Positions 18,767-28,647 are shown, numbered from the stretch's first letter. The stretch is 64,000 nucleotides of DNA from an uncultured Verrucomicrobiae bacterium (GCA_963834385.1 CAWIBO010000003.1:416001-480000); one strand, 5' to 3'. Notes: a model not told the origin generated them from the letters alone. Program-made: numbers and translations.

Positions 18767-19086
18767 ATGACTGATCTGGAATATCAACTACGCGTCAGCG
18801 AATTAGACGTTCGTGATAAAGAAGCGCGATTGAAAGAAGCGCGCACCCGGTTCGATACCACTGCAGCTAAAGGTCGATCTGAGGTGCAGCTAAAGGTCGA
18901 TCTGAGGTCGAAAAAGCCAAAGCAGATCTCAGCAAGATTGAAGCGGAAACTATCGCGGCTTACGAAAAGGCCAAGCAGGACTTGGAGCGCGCACAGATAG
19001 ATTTGGATCGCGAGAAGTGCGGTCTTGAATATGCACGCGCGAACCTCGCCCGGGGATCGGATCATAAATCTCCGACTCAAGAGTAA
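18767..19086 (+). pseudogene. Coiled-coil protein interrupted by a 23-bp tandem duplication
   Basis: Removing one copy of tgcagctaaaggtcgatctgagg gives a 98-aa ORF continuing ..KGRSEVEKAKADLSKIEAETIAAYEKAKQDLERAQIDLDREK..TQE*. Confidence 0.7.
18862..18907 (+). repeat. Perfect 23-bp tandem duplication
   Basis: tgcagctaaaggtcgatctgagg x2. Confidence 0.95.
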
Positions 19087-19450
19087 TGATGAATTTTGAT
19101 TTGCCGCATGGCTATTCGTCTACGCCTTGACCCGTTGCCAGCCTGCGACGTGCGCCGGAACAAAATGCGGCGTTTGAATCCACCGGGAATTGGCATCTTT
19201 TGGCGCCGACGGCGGGCGCTGGCGGATCTGTGGTGTCGCGGGACGCGGTCATTTTCGCTCGGTTTTCGACAGGCAGATGTTCCTGCTGGTCTCGAGTGAT
19301 CATTTTAACCGGAAGAAGTTCGTCCGACCCTCATCAATTTACGGAATCACTACGACAACATCTGGATGATTGGTTCTAAGATGTGCTCGAGAATACCGAG
19401 GATTAACTGTTTAGGCCTAACCAGCCTGAGTTTTCGTATTACAGAAATCC

Positions 19451-19524
19451 CGGAGCCTACGGGGCTCGAACCCGCAACCTCTGCCGTGACAGGGCAGCGC
19501 TCTAACCAATTGAGCTAAGGCTCC
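19451..19524 (-). tRNA. tRNA-Asp (GTC), CCA not encoded
   Basis: Reverse complement GGAGCCTTAGCTCAATTGGTTAGAGCGCTGCCCT-GTC-ACGGCAGAGGTTGCGGGTTCGAGCCCCGTAGGCTCCG folds as a cloverleaf. Confidence 0.97.
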
Positions 19525-19653
19525 TCGAAGAGGGGGACAGATTAGTCGGGGCCGCGGGCGGTTCAAACGGTTTTTCGGCGGCGCTGACTCGCCCGCGATT
19601 CTTTTCCCGCACGCTTTCGTCACCGAGGAGCCCGGCGCAGGGCAAAACCCCGC

Positions 19654-20157
19654 TTACCGGTTCTTCCAGATGACGAGGCTGCCGGCCAGTTTGTCGTGCC
19701 AGCCTTGTTTCCGGCCGTCCCATGCCACCCAGAGCAGCCCGAGAAAAAGCGGAATGATGGAGACGAAATAGCCGAGGTAGCGAATCACGCCCTGGAGCAG
19801 ATCGAGTTTTTCGCCCGTTTTCGCGTCGACCACGTGCAGCCCAAGGATCAGTTTCCCCGGGGTGCCTTTGCAGGTGATCCAGAGAAGGATGATCAGAATG
19901 GCCGGGAGAACGTAGGAGATGAGGAAGTCCGCCGGGCCCTTGATCAGTTCCGCCGAAGTAAAATACTCGCCGCCATAAATGGCGAACAAGAGCGGCAGGG
20001 TCAGGATGACGACAACGATCGTGTCAATGATGCTGGCCACGACCCGGATCCAGAACCCGGCCGGCCGGGGAACAACCGGAACCTGAAGGGGAATGGCCGG
20101 GGGAATGGTGCCGGGCGCGGCGGCAGCCGGTGGCAGGGGAGGCGGTGTCTGGTCCAT
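19654..20157 (-). CDS. RDD family membrane protein
   Basis: AGFWIRVVASIID, TPGK..LGLHVVD, KQGWHDKLAGS. Confidence 0.92.
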   Translation of the reverse strand: MDQTPPPLPPAAAAPGTIPPAIPLQVPVVPRPAGFWIRVVASIIDTIVVVILTLPLLFAIYGGEYFTSAELIKGPADFLISYVLPAILIILLWITCKGTPGKLILGLHVVDAKTGEKLDLLQGVIRYLGYFVSIIPLFLGLLWVAWDGRKQGWHDKLAGSLVIWKNR

Positions 20158-20168
20158 GGGGGCAGGCT

Positions 20169-21932
20169 CTAGTTGAGAAGCTCGGGATCGGGCATCTGCA
20201 CGACGCTGGCGCCGGCGGATGAATCAAGCTGTGAAAGCGCCTTCAAGGCCGGGCGCAACGGCGCGATGGCCTGGATGAGCGACCGGACAAGGACCTGCTC
20301 CGAGTTCTCCTTCTTTTTGCCGGCGAGGGCCTCGATCAGCGACGGCGGTTTTGGGTACCGCACGAGCTTCACGTTCTCTTCCGGTTTGATCCCGGAAAGT
20401 TCCTTGGCCAGTTCGACTGCGCGCTCGAATCCGCCCAGCTCGTCCACCAGCCCGAGTTTCTTCGCGTCTTCGCCACTCCAGACGCGGCCCTTGGCAATCT
20501 CGAGGACCCGTTCCTTCGGCAGGTTGCGGCCGGCCGCGACCTTGTCGGTGAACTCCTGGTAAATGCGGTCGAGCCACGAGTTGAACTTGGCCCACTGCTC
20601 GGGGGTGTAATCGTGCAGCCCGGAATACATGAGGGCGTTCTTGCCGGTCTGGACGCTGTCGAAGGTGAGCCCGAGCTTGTTGTTGAAGAAATCGCGGGTG
20701 AGCAGCTTGAAGGCGAGCACACCGATCGAGCCGGTGATGGTGGCGGGCTGCGCGATGACGCGGTCGGCCGCGAGCGCGACGATGTAACCGCCCGAGGCCG
20801 CGACGTTGCCCATGCTCACGACCACTTTTTTGCCCTTGTCGCGCGCGCGCTTCAGCTCGCGCAGGACGGCATCGGAGGCGACATACGAGCCGCCGGGACA
20901 ATCGATGCGGAAGAGGATCGTCTTGATCTTGTCGTCGTCCGCCGCGGCCCGGATCCCGGCACAAACGGTGTCCGAGCCCATGACGGTTTCGCCGGTAAAT
21001 GGGTTGCTCTGGCTTTCGCCGCGCTGGACGCCACCGACGCCGTAAACGATCGCGATCGGTTCGCCCTCCTTGAAGGGATGATCGCGCTTGTCGAGGTACG
21101 CCTTGAGATAGAGCAGGCGCGCATCTTTCACTTCGTTCCGGGCCTGCTCGTAGACTTCGTCGCGGTAAGCCAGTTGGTCGACCAGCCCGAGCTCGACCGC
21201 GTTGGTCCCGAGGTAGGGGCCGTTATTGATCAATTCCTCGACTTTTTCCGGGGGCATTTTGCGGCCCGCGGCGATCCCGGCCACGATCTGGCGGTGGATC
21301 GACTGGAGGAGAACGGTGACCGCTTCGCGGAAAGCCGGCGTCATCTGTTTTTCGGTGAAGACGTCGAAGGCGTTCTTGTATTCGTAGCGTTGCCCGCCGC
21401 GCGGGACGATCTCCAGCTTGTCGAGGAGGCCGCGGAAGAACATCGGCTCCGTCGCGGTGCCGGTCAGCCCGACATCGCCCGAGGGCTGGAGATAGATTTT
21501 GTCGAAAGCGGTGGCGAGATAATAGCTCCCGGTGCCGCCGGAGAATTCGCCGAAGGTCTCGGCAAAGGCGTAGGCTTTTTTGCCGCTCTGGCGAAAAGCG
21601 AGGATGGCGTTGCGCAGGTCCTGCCGCTGGGCCAGGCCCATCTCGCCGGTGCCGAGGCGCACGACCAGGAGTTTGACCCGGTCATCGCCGGTGGCCGAGC
21701 GGAGCCCGGCGAGCAAATCCTGGATGGTGGTGCGCTGCTCGAAACCGAGCTCGGCCAGCGGGGAGGGGTCGGAATCCTCGACCACGGCTTTTTCGAGGTC
21801 GAGTTCGAGAATGATCGCCTTGCCGCTGCGGTCGGCGAGACCGCGGCCGACGAAAAGGAGGAAAGCGCCGCCGAAGACAACCAAAAGGAGGAGAACGGCA
21901 ATGACGTTACGGAGAGTTTTTCGCTTTTTCAT
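20169..21932 (-). CDS. sppA: Signal peptide peptidase SppA (long form)
   Basis: YYLATAFDKIYLQPSG, YKNA, RIDCPGGS, VAASGGY, TGSIGV, KGRVWSGEDA..GLVDELGG. Confidence 0.93.
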   Translation of the reverse strand: MKKRKTLRNVIAVLLLLVVFGGAFLLFVGRGLADRSGKAIILELDLEKAVVEDSDPSPLAELGFEQRTTIQDLLAGLRSATGDDRVKLLVVRLGTGEMGLAQRQDLRNAILAFRQSGKKAYAFAETFGEFSGGTGSYYLATAFDKIYLQPSGDVGLTGTATEPMFFRGLLDKLEIVPRGGQRYEYKNAFDVFTEKQMTPAFREAVTVLLQSIHRQIVAGIAAGRKMPPEKVEELINNGPYLGTNAVELGLVDQLAYRDEVYEQARNEVKDARLLYLKAYLDKRDHPFKEGEPIAIVYGVGGVQRGESQSNPFTGETVMGSDTVCAGIRAAADDDKIKTILFRIDCPGGSYVASDAVLRELKRARDKGKKVVVSMGNVAASGGYIVALAADRVIAQPATITGSIGVLAFKLLTRDFFNNKLGLTFDSVQTGKNALMYSGLHDYTPEQWAKFNSWLDRIYQEFTDKVAAGRNLPKERVLEIAKGRVWSGEDAKKLGLVDELGGFERAVELAKELSGIKPEENVKLVRYPKPPSLIEALAGKKKENSEQVLVRSLIQAIAPLRPALKALSQLDSSAGASVVQMPDPELLN

Positions 21933-22078
21933 GGGGGAGCACCTTCTATATCCATTTGTCGGCTGGATTCGACCGATAATTTTGGAGGGACACCGCCGGA
22001 CCGGGCCTCGGCGATTGCGGTGGCCGACCGGCGCAGGTATATTCACGGCATCGTGCGCGCGACGGGAAGGGAACGCAG

Positions 22079-23755
22079 GTGAGTCAGGAACACGACGAGG
22101 GAATTTCCCCGGCCGGACGGCCGAAGACCGTGCTGGAGGCGGTTGACCGTCTCCTGGTTTCGCTGCCGGAAAACGACCCGGTGCGGACCGAGCTGGCGGC
22201 GCTGCGCGAGGAGGTGGCCGGCCAGGAGGAGATCATCGGCGAAGCGCGGCAGGTGATCGAAAAGCTGGAGCAGGTGATCAAGAAAGTGACCTCGCCGGCC
22301 AACCGGATCGGGACGTTCCTCGGCGCGGTCGGCCGCGACACCGCGCACATTGTCGTCGGCGGCTCCGATTATTTTTGCAACATCGATCCGCGCCTGCCGC
22401 GGCGGAGCCTGCGCAAGGGGACGCGCGTCCTCGTCAACGAAGCCTACGTCATTGTCGGTGATCTCGGCTACGAGACGGCCGGTCCGGTGGCGCGGGTGAC
22501 CGAGGTGCTTGGCTCCGAGCGTCTGCGGGTGGGCTCGGAGCAGGGGCTGCAATCGGTGGTGCTGGAGCGGTCCGACCGGCTGGAGGGTGTGGCGGTAAAA
22601 GTGGCCGACGAGGTGCGAGTCGATCCCGGTTTCCGGATGGCGCTCGAGGTCATGGCGCAGGGCAAAGCGCAGCAGCATTTCCTGGATGCGGTGCCGGAGT
22701 TGCCCTGGGAAAAGGTGGGCGGGCAGGAGGCGGCTTTGCAGGCGATTCGCGACGCCATCGAGTTGCCGCTTTTGCACCCGGAACTCTTCGAGAAGTTCGA
22801 TCATGCCACGCCCAAGGGTTTTCTCCTGCACGGCCCGCCGGGTTGCGGCAAGACCCTGATCGGCAAAGCCACGGCCTATAACCTGACGCGGCAGCTCCGG
22901 GAAAAGACGGGCGCCGACATGACGGAATATTTCATGCACGTGAAAGGCCCGGAAGTGCTCAACATGTGGGTGGGGGAATCCGAGCGCATGGTCCGCGAGA
23001 TCTTTGCCACCGCGCGCGAGAAAAGCCGGGAGGGATTCCTGCCTTTCCTCTTCATTGACGAAGCCGAGAGCATTCTGGGAACCCGGCGCGCCTCGCGTTT
23101 CTCCAACATTCTTTCCACGCTTGTGCCGATGTTCTGCGCCGAGATGGACGGGATCGATTCGCTGCATGAGGTGGTGATCATCCTGGCCTCGAATCGGGCT
23201 GACCTGATCGACCCGGCCATCCTGCGCCCGGGCCGGATCGACCGAAAGATTCGGGTGCGTCGGCCGGACAAGGCAGGGGCGCGCGCGATTTATCGGATCT
23301 ATCTGACGGATCGGCTGCCCTACGAAGGAGTGCTGGCGAAAGAAGGGAAGGGGATCGGGCCGGCCCTCGATCGGCTGGTGGAGCGCTTTGTGGACTGGCA
23401 GTTTGCGCGGCGGGACGAGAACCGGTTTTTGGAGGTCACGCTGCGGAGCGGACGCAAGGAAGCGCTTTATCGGAGCGATCTGTTGAGCGGCGCGCTCATT
23501 GCCTCCGTGGTGGAACGGGCCAAGGCCTACGCGATCAAGCGGGCCATCGCGACGGGGAACGAGGAGGGCATCAGCGAGGCCGATTTGCAGGCTTCGTTTC
23601 GAGCCGAGTTCGTCGAGAACGATATTTTTCCGCCGACTGATATCACGGAGGACTGGCTGAAGCTGATCGACTACGAGCCCGAGAACGTGGTCAAGGTCGC
23701 GCCGGTCCGGCCGGCGGGTGCGCGTCGGCGGGAACAGCCTTCCGCCGTGATCTAA
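22079..23755 (+). CDS. arc: ARC/Mpa-type proteasome-associated AAA ATPase
   Basis: N-terminal coiled coil, OB-domain region, PKGFLLHGPPGCGKTLIGKA, VKGPEVLNMWVGESER, ASNRADLIDPAILRPGRIDRKI, FLEVT..SGRKE, SGALIASVVERAK. Confidence 0.92.
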   Translation: MSQEHDEGISPAGRPKTVLEAVDRLLVSLPENDPVRTELAALREEVAGQEEIIGEARQVIEKLEQVIKKVTSPANRIGTFLGAVGRDTAHIVVGGSDYFCNIDPRLPRRSLRKGTRVLVNEAYVIVGDLGYETAGPVARVTEVLGSERLRVGSEQGLQSVVLERSDRLEGVAVKVADEVRVDPGFRMALEVMAQGKAQQHFLDAVPELPWEKVGGQEAALQAIRDAIELPLLHPELFEKFDHATPKGFLLHGPPGCGKTLIGKATAYNLTRQLREKTGADMTEYFMHVKGPEVLNMWVGESERMVREIFATAREKSREGFLPFLFIDEAESILGTRRASRFSNILSTLVPMFCAEMDGIDSLHEVVIILASNRADLIDPAILRPGRIDRKIRVRRPDKAGARAIYRIYLTDRLPYEGVLAKEGKGIGPALDRLVERFVDWQFARRDENRFLEVTLRSGRKEALYRSDLLSGALIASVVERAKAYAIKRAIATGNEEGISEADLQASFRAEFVENDIFPPTDITEDWLKLIDYEPENVVKVAPVRPAGARRREQPSAVI

Positions 23756-24537
23756 CGCCAGCGACGCCACCAGCGGCGGCGGGGCGGGGGAGCCGGCGGC
23801 CGGAGCGGCCGGGGTTTGATGACTTCGACCGAGGCGGCGAGAGCATCGTTGAATTCGCGGCGAATTTGTTCCTCCCGCCGGGCGTAGTGAACGCCCCAGC
23901 CGCGGGAGAAATCGGCGTCGGAATGGCGCGGCAGCATCTCGCGGGTGCGAGCAAGAAGATAATCGACCCCGAGCTGTTTGTAGTGGAGAAGGGCGACATC
24001 GCGTTTTCCCGGGACGGTATTGCCGGTGGGCGCGCACAGATGCCGGCCGGGCGTGTAGTTCATGGCGTCGATCTGGTTTGGATCGAAGATGCAGATTTTA
24101 TCGAGGTAAAACTGGCGCGACCCGCGTACCAGCGCCCGGCAAAGATCGGTCCTGGGCGGTGGAAACGTTTCGCTGATCATGTCGTAGCCGTTTGTCTGCA
24201 CCAGGGTGATGCCGTTTTCCTTTGCGAGGGCGAGATAACCACGGAGATCGCGGTGATAAAGGAACTCATCGATGTCGACCATGATGGTCCAGTCGCACTG
24301 TCCGCGGCTCTCCTGCATGATCGGCTTCTCGAGAGAGAGCTGGGCGTCGATGAAGGATTCGGCCCTCGGCAGCTCGCGCAATTCGACTTTGGGCGAGGCG
24401 GCCAGCAGCTCGCATGAACGGTCCGTGGAACCGTCATCGTAGATCACCATCCGGTCGGCGATCGGTTCGTAATGCGCCAGGAAAAACGGGATGAGTTGTT
24501 CCTCGTTCCAGCAGGGGGCATGAAGATCGATTCGCAC
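23752..24537 (-). CDS. Glycosyltransferase family 2-like protein
   Basis: WNEEQLIPFFLAHY, YDDGSTD, DWTIMVDIDEF, LLHYK. Confidence 0.85.
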   Translation of the reverse strand: MRIDLHAPCWNEEQLIPFFLAHYEPIADRMVIYDDGSTDRSCELLAASPKVELRELPRAESFIDAQLSLEKPIMQESRGQCDWTIMVDIDEFLYHRDLRGYLALAKENGITLVQTNGYDMISETFPPPRTDLCRALVRGSRQFYLDKICIFDPNQIDAMNYTPGRHLCAPTGNTVPGKRDVALLHYKQLGVDYLLARTREMLPRHSDADFSRGWGVHYARREEQIRREFNDALAASVEVIKPRPLRPPAPPPRRRWWRRWR

Positions 24538-24631
24538 CGCGCCGAGTGTGGGGGCGTTTTTTCGTGCGCGCCACGCTTTTTCGGGCGGCGACGGTCGACG
24601 AGGCCGGGGGATGCCCTAAGCTTTATCCGGG

Positions 24632-26108
24632 ATGAAAAGCGTTTTCGGGCTGGAGACGGAGTATGGGATCACGGTGGCGGGCGCCGAGTCGGAAATCGAC
24701 GTGGTGGCGGAGTCGATCGCGCTGGTCCGGAGCTACACTGAGCACGGAGCGCACATGAAGTGGGATTACGAACTGGAGGATCCGCACCAGGACGCCCGCG
24801 GGTTCCGCGCGCGGGAGCTGCTCCAGGACACGGACGAATCGGCCTACTACGAAGTGGACCGGCGGCGCGCGCTCACTTTCGAGGAGATCAAGAGCGACCT
24901 CGTGCTCTCCAACGGCGCCCGTTTTTACAACGATCATGCGCACCCGGAATATTCCACGCCGGAATGCAGCTCGCTGCGCGAGTTGGTGGCCCAGGACAAG
25001 GCGGGCGAACGCATCCTGGCCGAATGCGCGCGGCGGCGGCAAATCCATCTGCCCGGAAGGCCGCGCGCTCCGCCTCTACAAGAACAACACGGACTTCGTC
25101 GGGCACAGCTACGGCTGCCACGACAACTACCTGGTGGCCCGCGCGGTTCCCTGGAACGATCTCGTGGCGGGCATTCTTCCGTTTCTCGTCACCCGCCAGA
25201 TCTTCGCCGGCGCGGGAAAAATGGGCGTGGAATCGGAGAGCGCGGCCGGCCAGCCTGGTCTTTACCAGATCGCGCAGCGTTCGGATTTCTTCAGCGTCCT
25301 CGTGAGCATCGATACCATGAACCGGCGGCCGCTGGTGAACACGCGGGACGAGCCGCATGCCGACCCGGCGAAATACCGGCGGTTCCACGTGATCATTGGC
25401 GACGCCAACATGAGCGAGTGGGCCACGGCGATGAAAGTGGGGACCACCGCGCTCATTTTGGAGCTGATCGAGCGGGGAGAAGTCCCGGCGGTGGAGCTGG
25501 CCCAGCCGATCGAGGCCACACGGTCGATCAGCCGCGACCAGGATCATCAATGGATCGTGGAGCTGGCGGACGGCCGGAAAATTTCGGCGGTTGATCTGCA
25601 GCGGCTTTACCTGGCCGCGGCGCAGCGTCTGCCGGCGGAATCGATGGCGGAGCAGGGATGGATTCTCCAGGAATGGGAGAGCGTCCTGAACGATTTGGAC
25701 GATGACCCGACGAAAACCCGGGACCGGGTGGACTGGGCGGCGAAAAAAGAACTGCTCTCCGCCCTGCGCGAGGAGGAGAGACTGGAGTGGAGCGACCCGT
25801 GGCTGCAGGCGATCGACCTGGAGTATCACAACATTGACCCGGAGAGCGGGCTGGCGAGTGAACTGACCAGGCAGGGGTCGCTCCGGCGGCTCGTGACGGA
25901 GGAGGAAATCAAGGCGGCCATCTTCAATCCGCCCGAGACCACGCGCGCCTTCTTTCGTGGACGGGCCGTGGCGCAGTTCAATTCGCGGATCGAATCGATC
26001 CAGTGGGACGAGATCGTGTTTGCCGCAAAAGGTGGAAGCCGGCGCATAGCCCTCCCAGAGCCTGGCGCGAGCTACCGCGAGATGCTGGAGGAGATCAGGA
26101 CCAGCTGA
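24632..26108 (+). CDS. dop: Dop-like depupylase/deamidase (PafA2 family), 1-nt frameshift near 25053
   Basis: [37 protein letters not shown] / [61 protein letters not shown]. Confidence 0.9.
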
Positions 26109-28647
26109 TCAGCCGCAGTTCGTGGCTCTGCTGGAGGTGCGGATGAGTGGGCACGGCGCGGACACTGAACGCATAGGCGCCGCTCTCGGTTGCCGGGATG
26201 TCGCCGGCATAACTGTATTCGCCGTGGGCGGCACCGCCTGCGGCCTGAAGCACCGTGGTGGCGGGATGCCTGATATCGCCGTTCTCCGTCTCGCCGTAAT
26301 AGGCTTCCACCCGCACGTTCCGCGGATCGACGGCGCCGAGGTGAACCCGGGCCGTCACCTGGAGTTTCTCGCCCACGAGGACGTTTTGCCGATCCTTGTT
26401 CCCCACCTGCACATCGGTGATGCGGACCTGCGCCCAGTCCTTGCGGATCCGTGATTTCCACTGGCTCAGCTCGGTCGCGGCCTGGCAGTTATCTCGCGAA
26501 AACTCGGCGAAACCGGCGGCGGCGGGCGCATAAAGCCGCTCGGCGTATTCCTTGACCATGCGGTGCGTGTTGAATACGGGGGTGACGCTGCGGATGGAAT
26601 CGCGCATCAACTGCAGCCAGGCCAGGGGAAGACGGCCGTCGGGCTTGGCGTAATAGAGCGGCACGATCTGGTTCTCGAGCAACTGGTAGAGGCTGTTCGC
26701 GTCCACCGCGCTCTGGAACTCCACCGTGCCGGTCTCGATTTCGGCCCCGATGGCCCAGCCGTTCTTGCCGTTGAAACCCTCGCACCACCAGCCATCGAGC
26801 ACGCTCAGGTTGAGCCCCCCGTTCGGGGGCGCCTTCATCCCGCTGGTCCCGCTCGCCTCGAGCGGCCGCAGCGGATTGTTCAGCCAGAGATCGACGCCCT
26901 GGACGAGCCGGCGCGCGATGTAGGTATCGTAATCCTCCACGAACACGATCCGGTTCTCCAGCCCGGCCTCGCGCGTGAACTCGTAGACTTCCTGGATGAG
27001 CGCCTTGCCCCCCTCGTCGCGCGGATGCGATTTGCCGGCAAAGATGAACTGCACCGGGCGGGTGGAATCGTTCACCAGGCGCTGCAGGCGTTCCTTGTCG
27101 GAAAAAAGCAGGGCGCCGCGCTTGTAGGTGGCGAAACGGCGGGCGAACCCGATGGTGAGGATCTCGGGATCAAGGATCTGGTTGATCTGGCGGATGGCCT
27201 CGGGCGCTTCGCCGATGCGGAGGGCGCGCTGCCGGGTGCGTTCCCGCACGAACTGGACGAGGCGCAGCTTCAGTTTCTGGTGTGTTTCCCACAGTTCCGT
27301 GTCGGGAATCTCGATCACGCCGCGCCAGAAGTCGGGATCGGTCAGGTTTTCCTCCCAGTCGCCGAGATACTTCGAGTAGAGGGCGGAGAACTCGGGGGCG
27401 AGCCAGGTCTTGGTGTGAATGCCGTTGGTGATGCTGGTGATCGGGACCTCGTGCTGCGGCACGCCGCTCCAGACGTCCTTCCAGAGACCCTGGCTGACCT
27501 TGCCGTGCAGCGCGCTCACGCCATTCGCGTGGCGCGAGGCGCGCAGGGCGAGAATGGTCATGCTGAAAGGATCATCGGCGTTCACGCGCGTCTGGCCGAA
27601 GGAGAAGAGTTCGTCGAAGGGAAGCCCGATCTCCTTCGCGAAATCGCCGAAATACTTGCGCATCATTTCGCGCGGGAAGGAATCGTTGCCCGCGGGCACG
27701 GGGGTGTGCGTGGTGAAAACGTTCGCGGCCGCGACCACCTGTAGGGCGGAATAGAAATCGAGCCCCTTTTCCTTGATCAGGAGACGGATGCGCTCGAGCG
27801 CGAGAAAGGCGGAATGCCCCTCGTTCATGTGAAAAACTTCCGACTCGATCCCGAGCAGACCGAGGACGCGGACGCCGCCGACGCCGAGGAGAATTTCCTG
27901 GCGCATGCGCATTTCGAGGTCGCCCCCGTAGAGTTCCGCCGTGATCAGCCGGTCTTCCGGCGTGTTCTCGGCCACGTCGGTATCGAGCAGGTAGAGGTTG
28001 ACCCGGCCGACGTGGAGTTCCCAGATTTTCGCCACGACTTCGCGGTCGAGGATGCGCACGGAAACGAGGACGCGCCGGTCATCCTTGCGCACCTCGCGGA
28101 TGGGCAGGTGATGGAAGTTCTGGTTCAGGTTGATCGCCTCCTGCATCCCGGTGCGATCGATTTGCTGGCGGAAATAGCCGTGCCGGTAAAGCAGGCCGAT
28201 GGCGTTGAAATTCAGGTCGAGATCGCTGGCCGACTTGCAATGGTCGCCGGCGAGAATGCCGAGGCCGCCCGAGTAATTGGGGATCGATTCGTGGAAACCG
28301 AACTCAGCCGAGAAATAGGCAATCGGTTTTTGCAGGACCTTGCCGGCGCCGGTCTTGCCGTAGGTGTCCTTGCGCGCCATGTAGCGCTTGAAGGCGTCGT
28401 GCACTTCCTTGAGTTCGCGCAGGAAATTCTTGTCCTGGGCCAGCTCCTCGAGGCGCGCCTGGCGCGAGAGCTGGAGCATCCGGATCGGGTTATGGTTGGT
28501 CCGGTTCCAGAGTTCGGGGTCGAGATGACGGAAAAGACGGCGGGCGGCCGGCTCCCAGGTCCACCAGAGGTTGAAGACCATTTCGCGCAACGGCTCGAGA
28601 GCGGCGGGAAGAATCGGGGCGACGTGATAGGTAAGATAATTCGGCAT
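26095..28647 (-). CDS. glgP: Alpha-glucan (glycogen) phosphorylase
   Basis: YFSAEFG, YSGGLGILAGDH, HMNEGH, FTTHTPVPAG, FARRFATYKR, EASGTSGMK. Confidence 0.96.
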   Translation of the reverse strand: MPNYLTYHVAPILPAALEPLREMVFNLWWTWEPAARRLFRHLDPELWNRTNHNPIRMLQLSRQARLEELAQDKNFLRELKEVHDAFKRYMARKDTYGKTGAGKVLQKPIAYFSAEFGFHESIPNYSGGLGILAGDHCKSASDLDLNFNAIGLLYRHGYFRQQIDRTGMQEAINLNQNFHHLPIREVRKDDRRVLVSVRILDREVVAKIWELHVGRVNLYLLDTDVAENTPEDRLITAELYGGDLEMRMRQEILLGVGGVRVLGLLGIESEVFHMNEGHSAFLALERIRLLIKEKGLDFYSALQVVAAANVFTTHTPVPAGNDSFPREMMRKYFGDFAKEIGLPFDELFSFGQTRVNADDPFSMTILALRASRHANGVSALHGKVSQGLWKDVWSGVPQHEVPITSITNGIHTKTWLAPEFSALYSKYLGDWEENLTDPDFWRGVIEIPDTELWETHQKLKLRLVQFVRERTRQRALRIGEAPEAIRQINQILDPEILTIGFARRFATYKRGALLFSDKERLQRLVNDSTRPVQFIFAGKSHPRDEGGKALIQEVYEFTREAGLENRIVFVEDYDTYIARRLVQGVDLWLNNPLRPLEASGTSGMKAPPNGGLNLSVLDGWWCEGFNGKNGWAIGAEIETGTVEFQSAVDANSLYQLLENQIVPLYYAKPDGRLPLAWLQLMRDSIRSVTPVFNTHRMVKEYAERLYAPAAAGFAEFSRDNCQAATELSQWKSRIRKDWAQVRITDVQVGNKDRQNVLVGEKLQVTARVHLGAVDPRNVRVEAYYGETENGDIRHPATTVLQAAGGAAHGEYSYAGDIPATESGAYAFSVRAVPTHPHLQQSHELRLISWS

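Larger units (their letters stand above)
12197..19460. mobile_element. Genomic island at the tRNA-Asp 3' end (no integrase seen)
   Basis: Bounded by the direct repeat cggagcctac (12201-12210 and 19451-19460, the tRNA 3' end); visibly lower GC and different codon usage; accessory genes. Confidence 0.7.

Noticed and set aside
19090..19450. Integrase remnant next to the tRNA
   Set aside because: No tyrosine or serine recombinase motifs recognised; the short ORFs are unconvincing.
24632..26108. Programmed frameshift or pseudogene in dop
   Set aside because: A single extra base in a short C/G run with no slippery heptamer; matches the indel error pattern elsewhere.
26000..26120. Pup/UBact small ORF after dop
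   Set aside because: No space: the dop stop overlaps the 3' end of convergent glgP.
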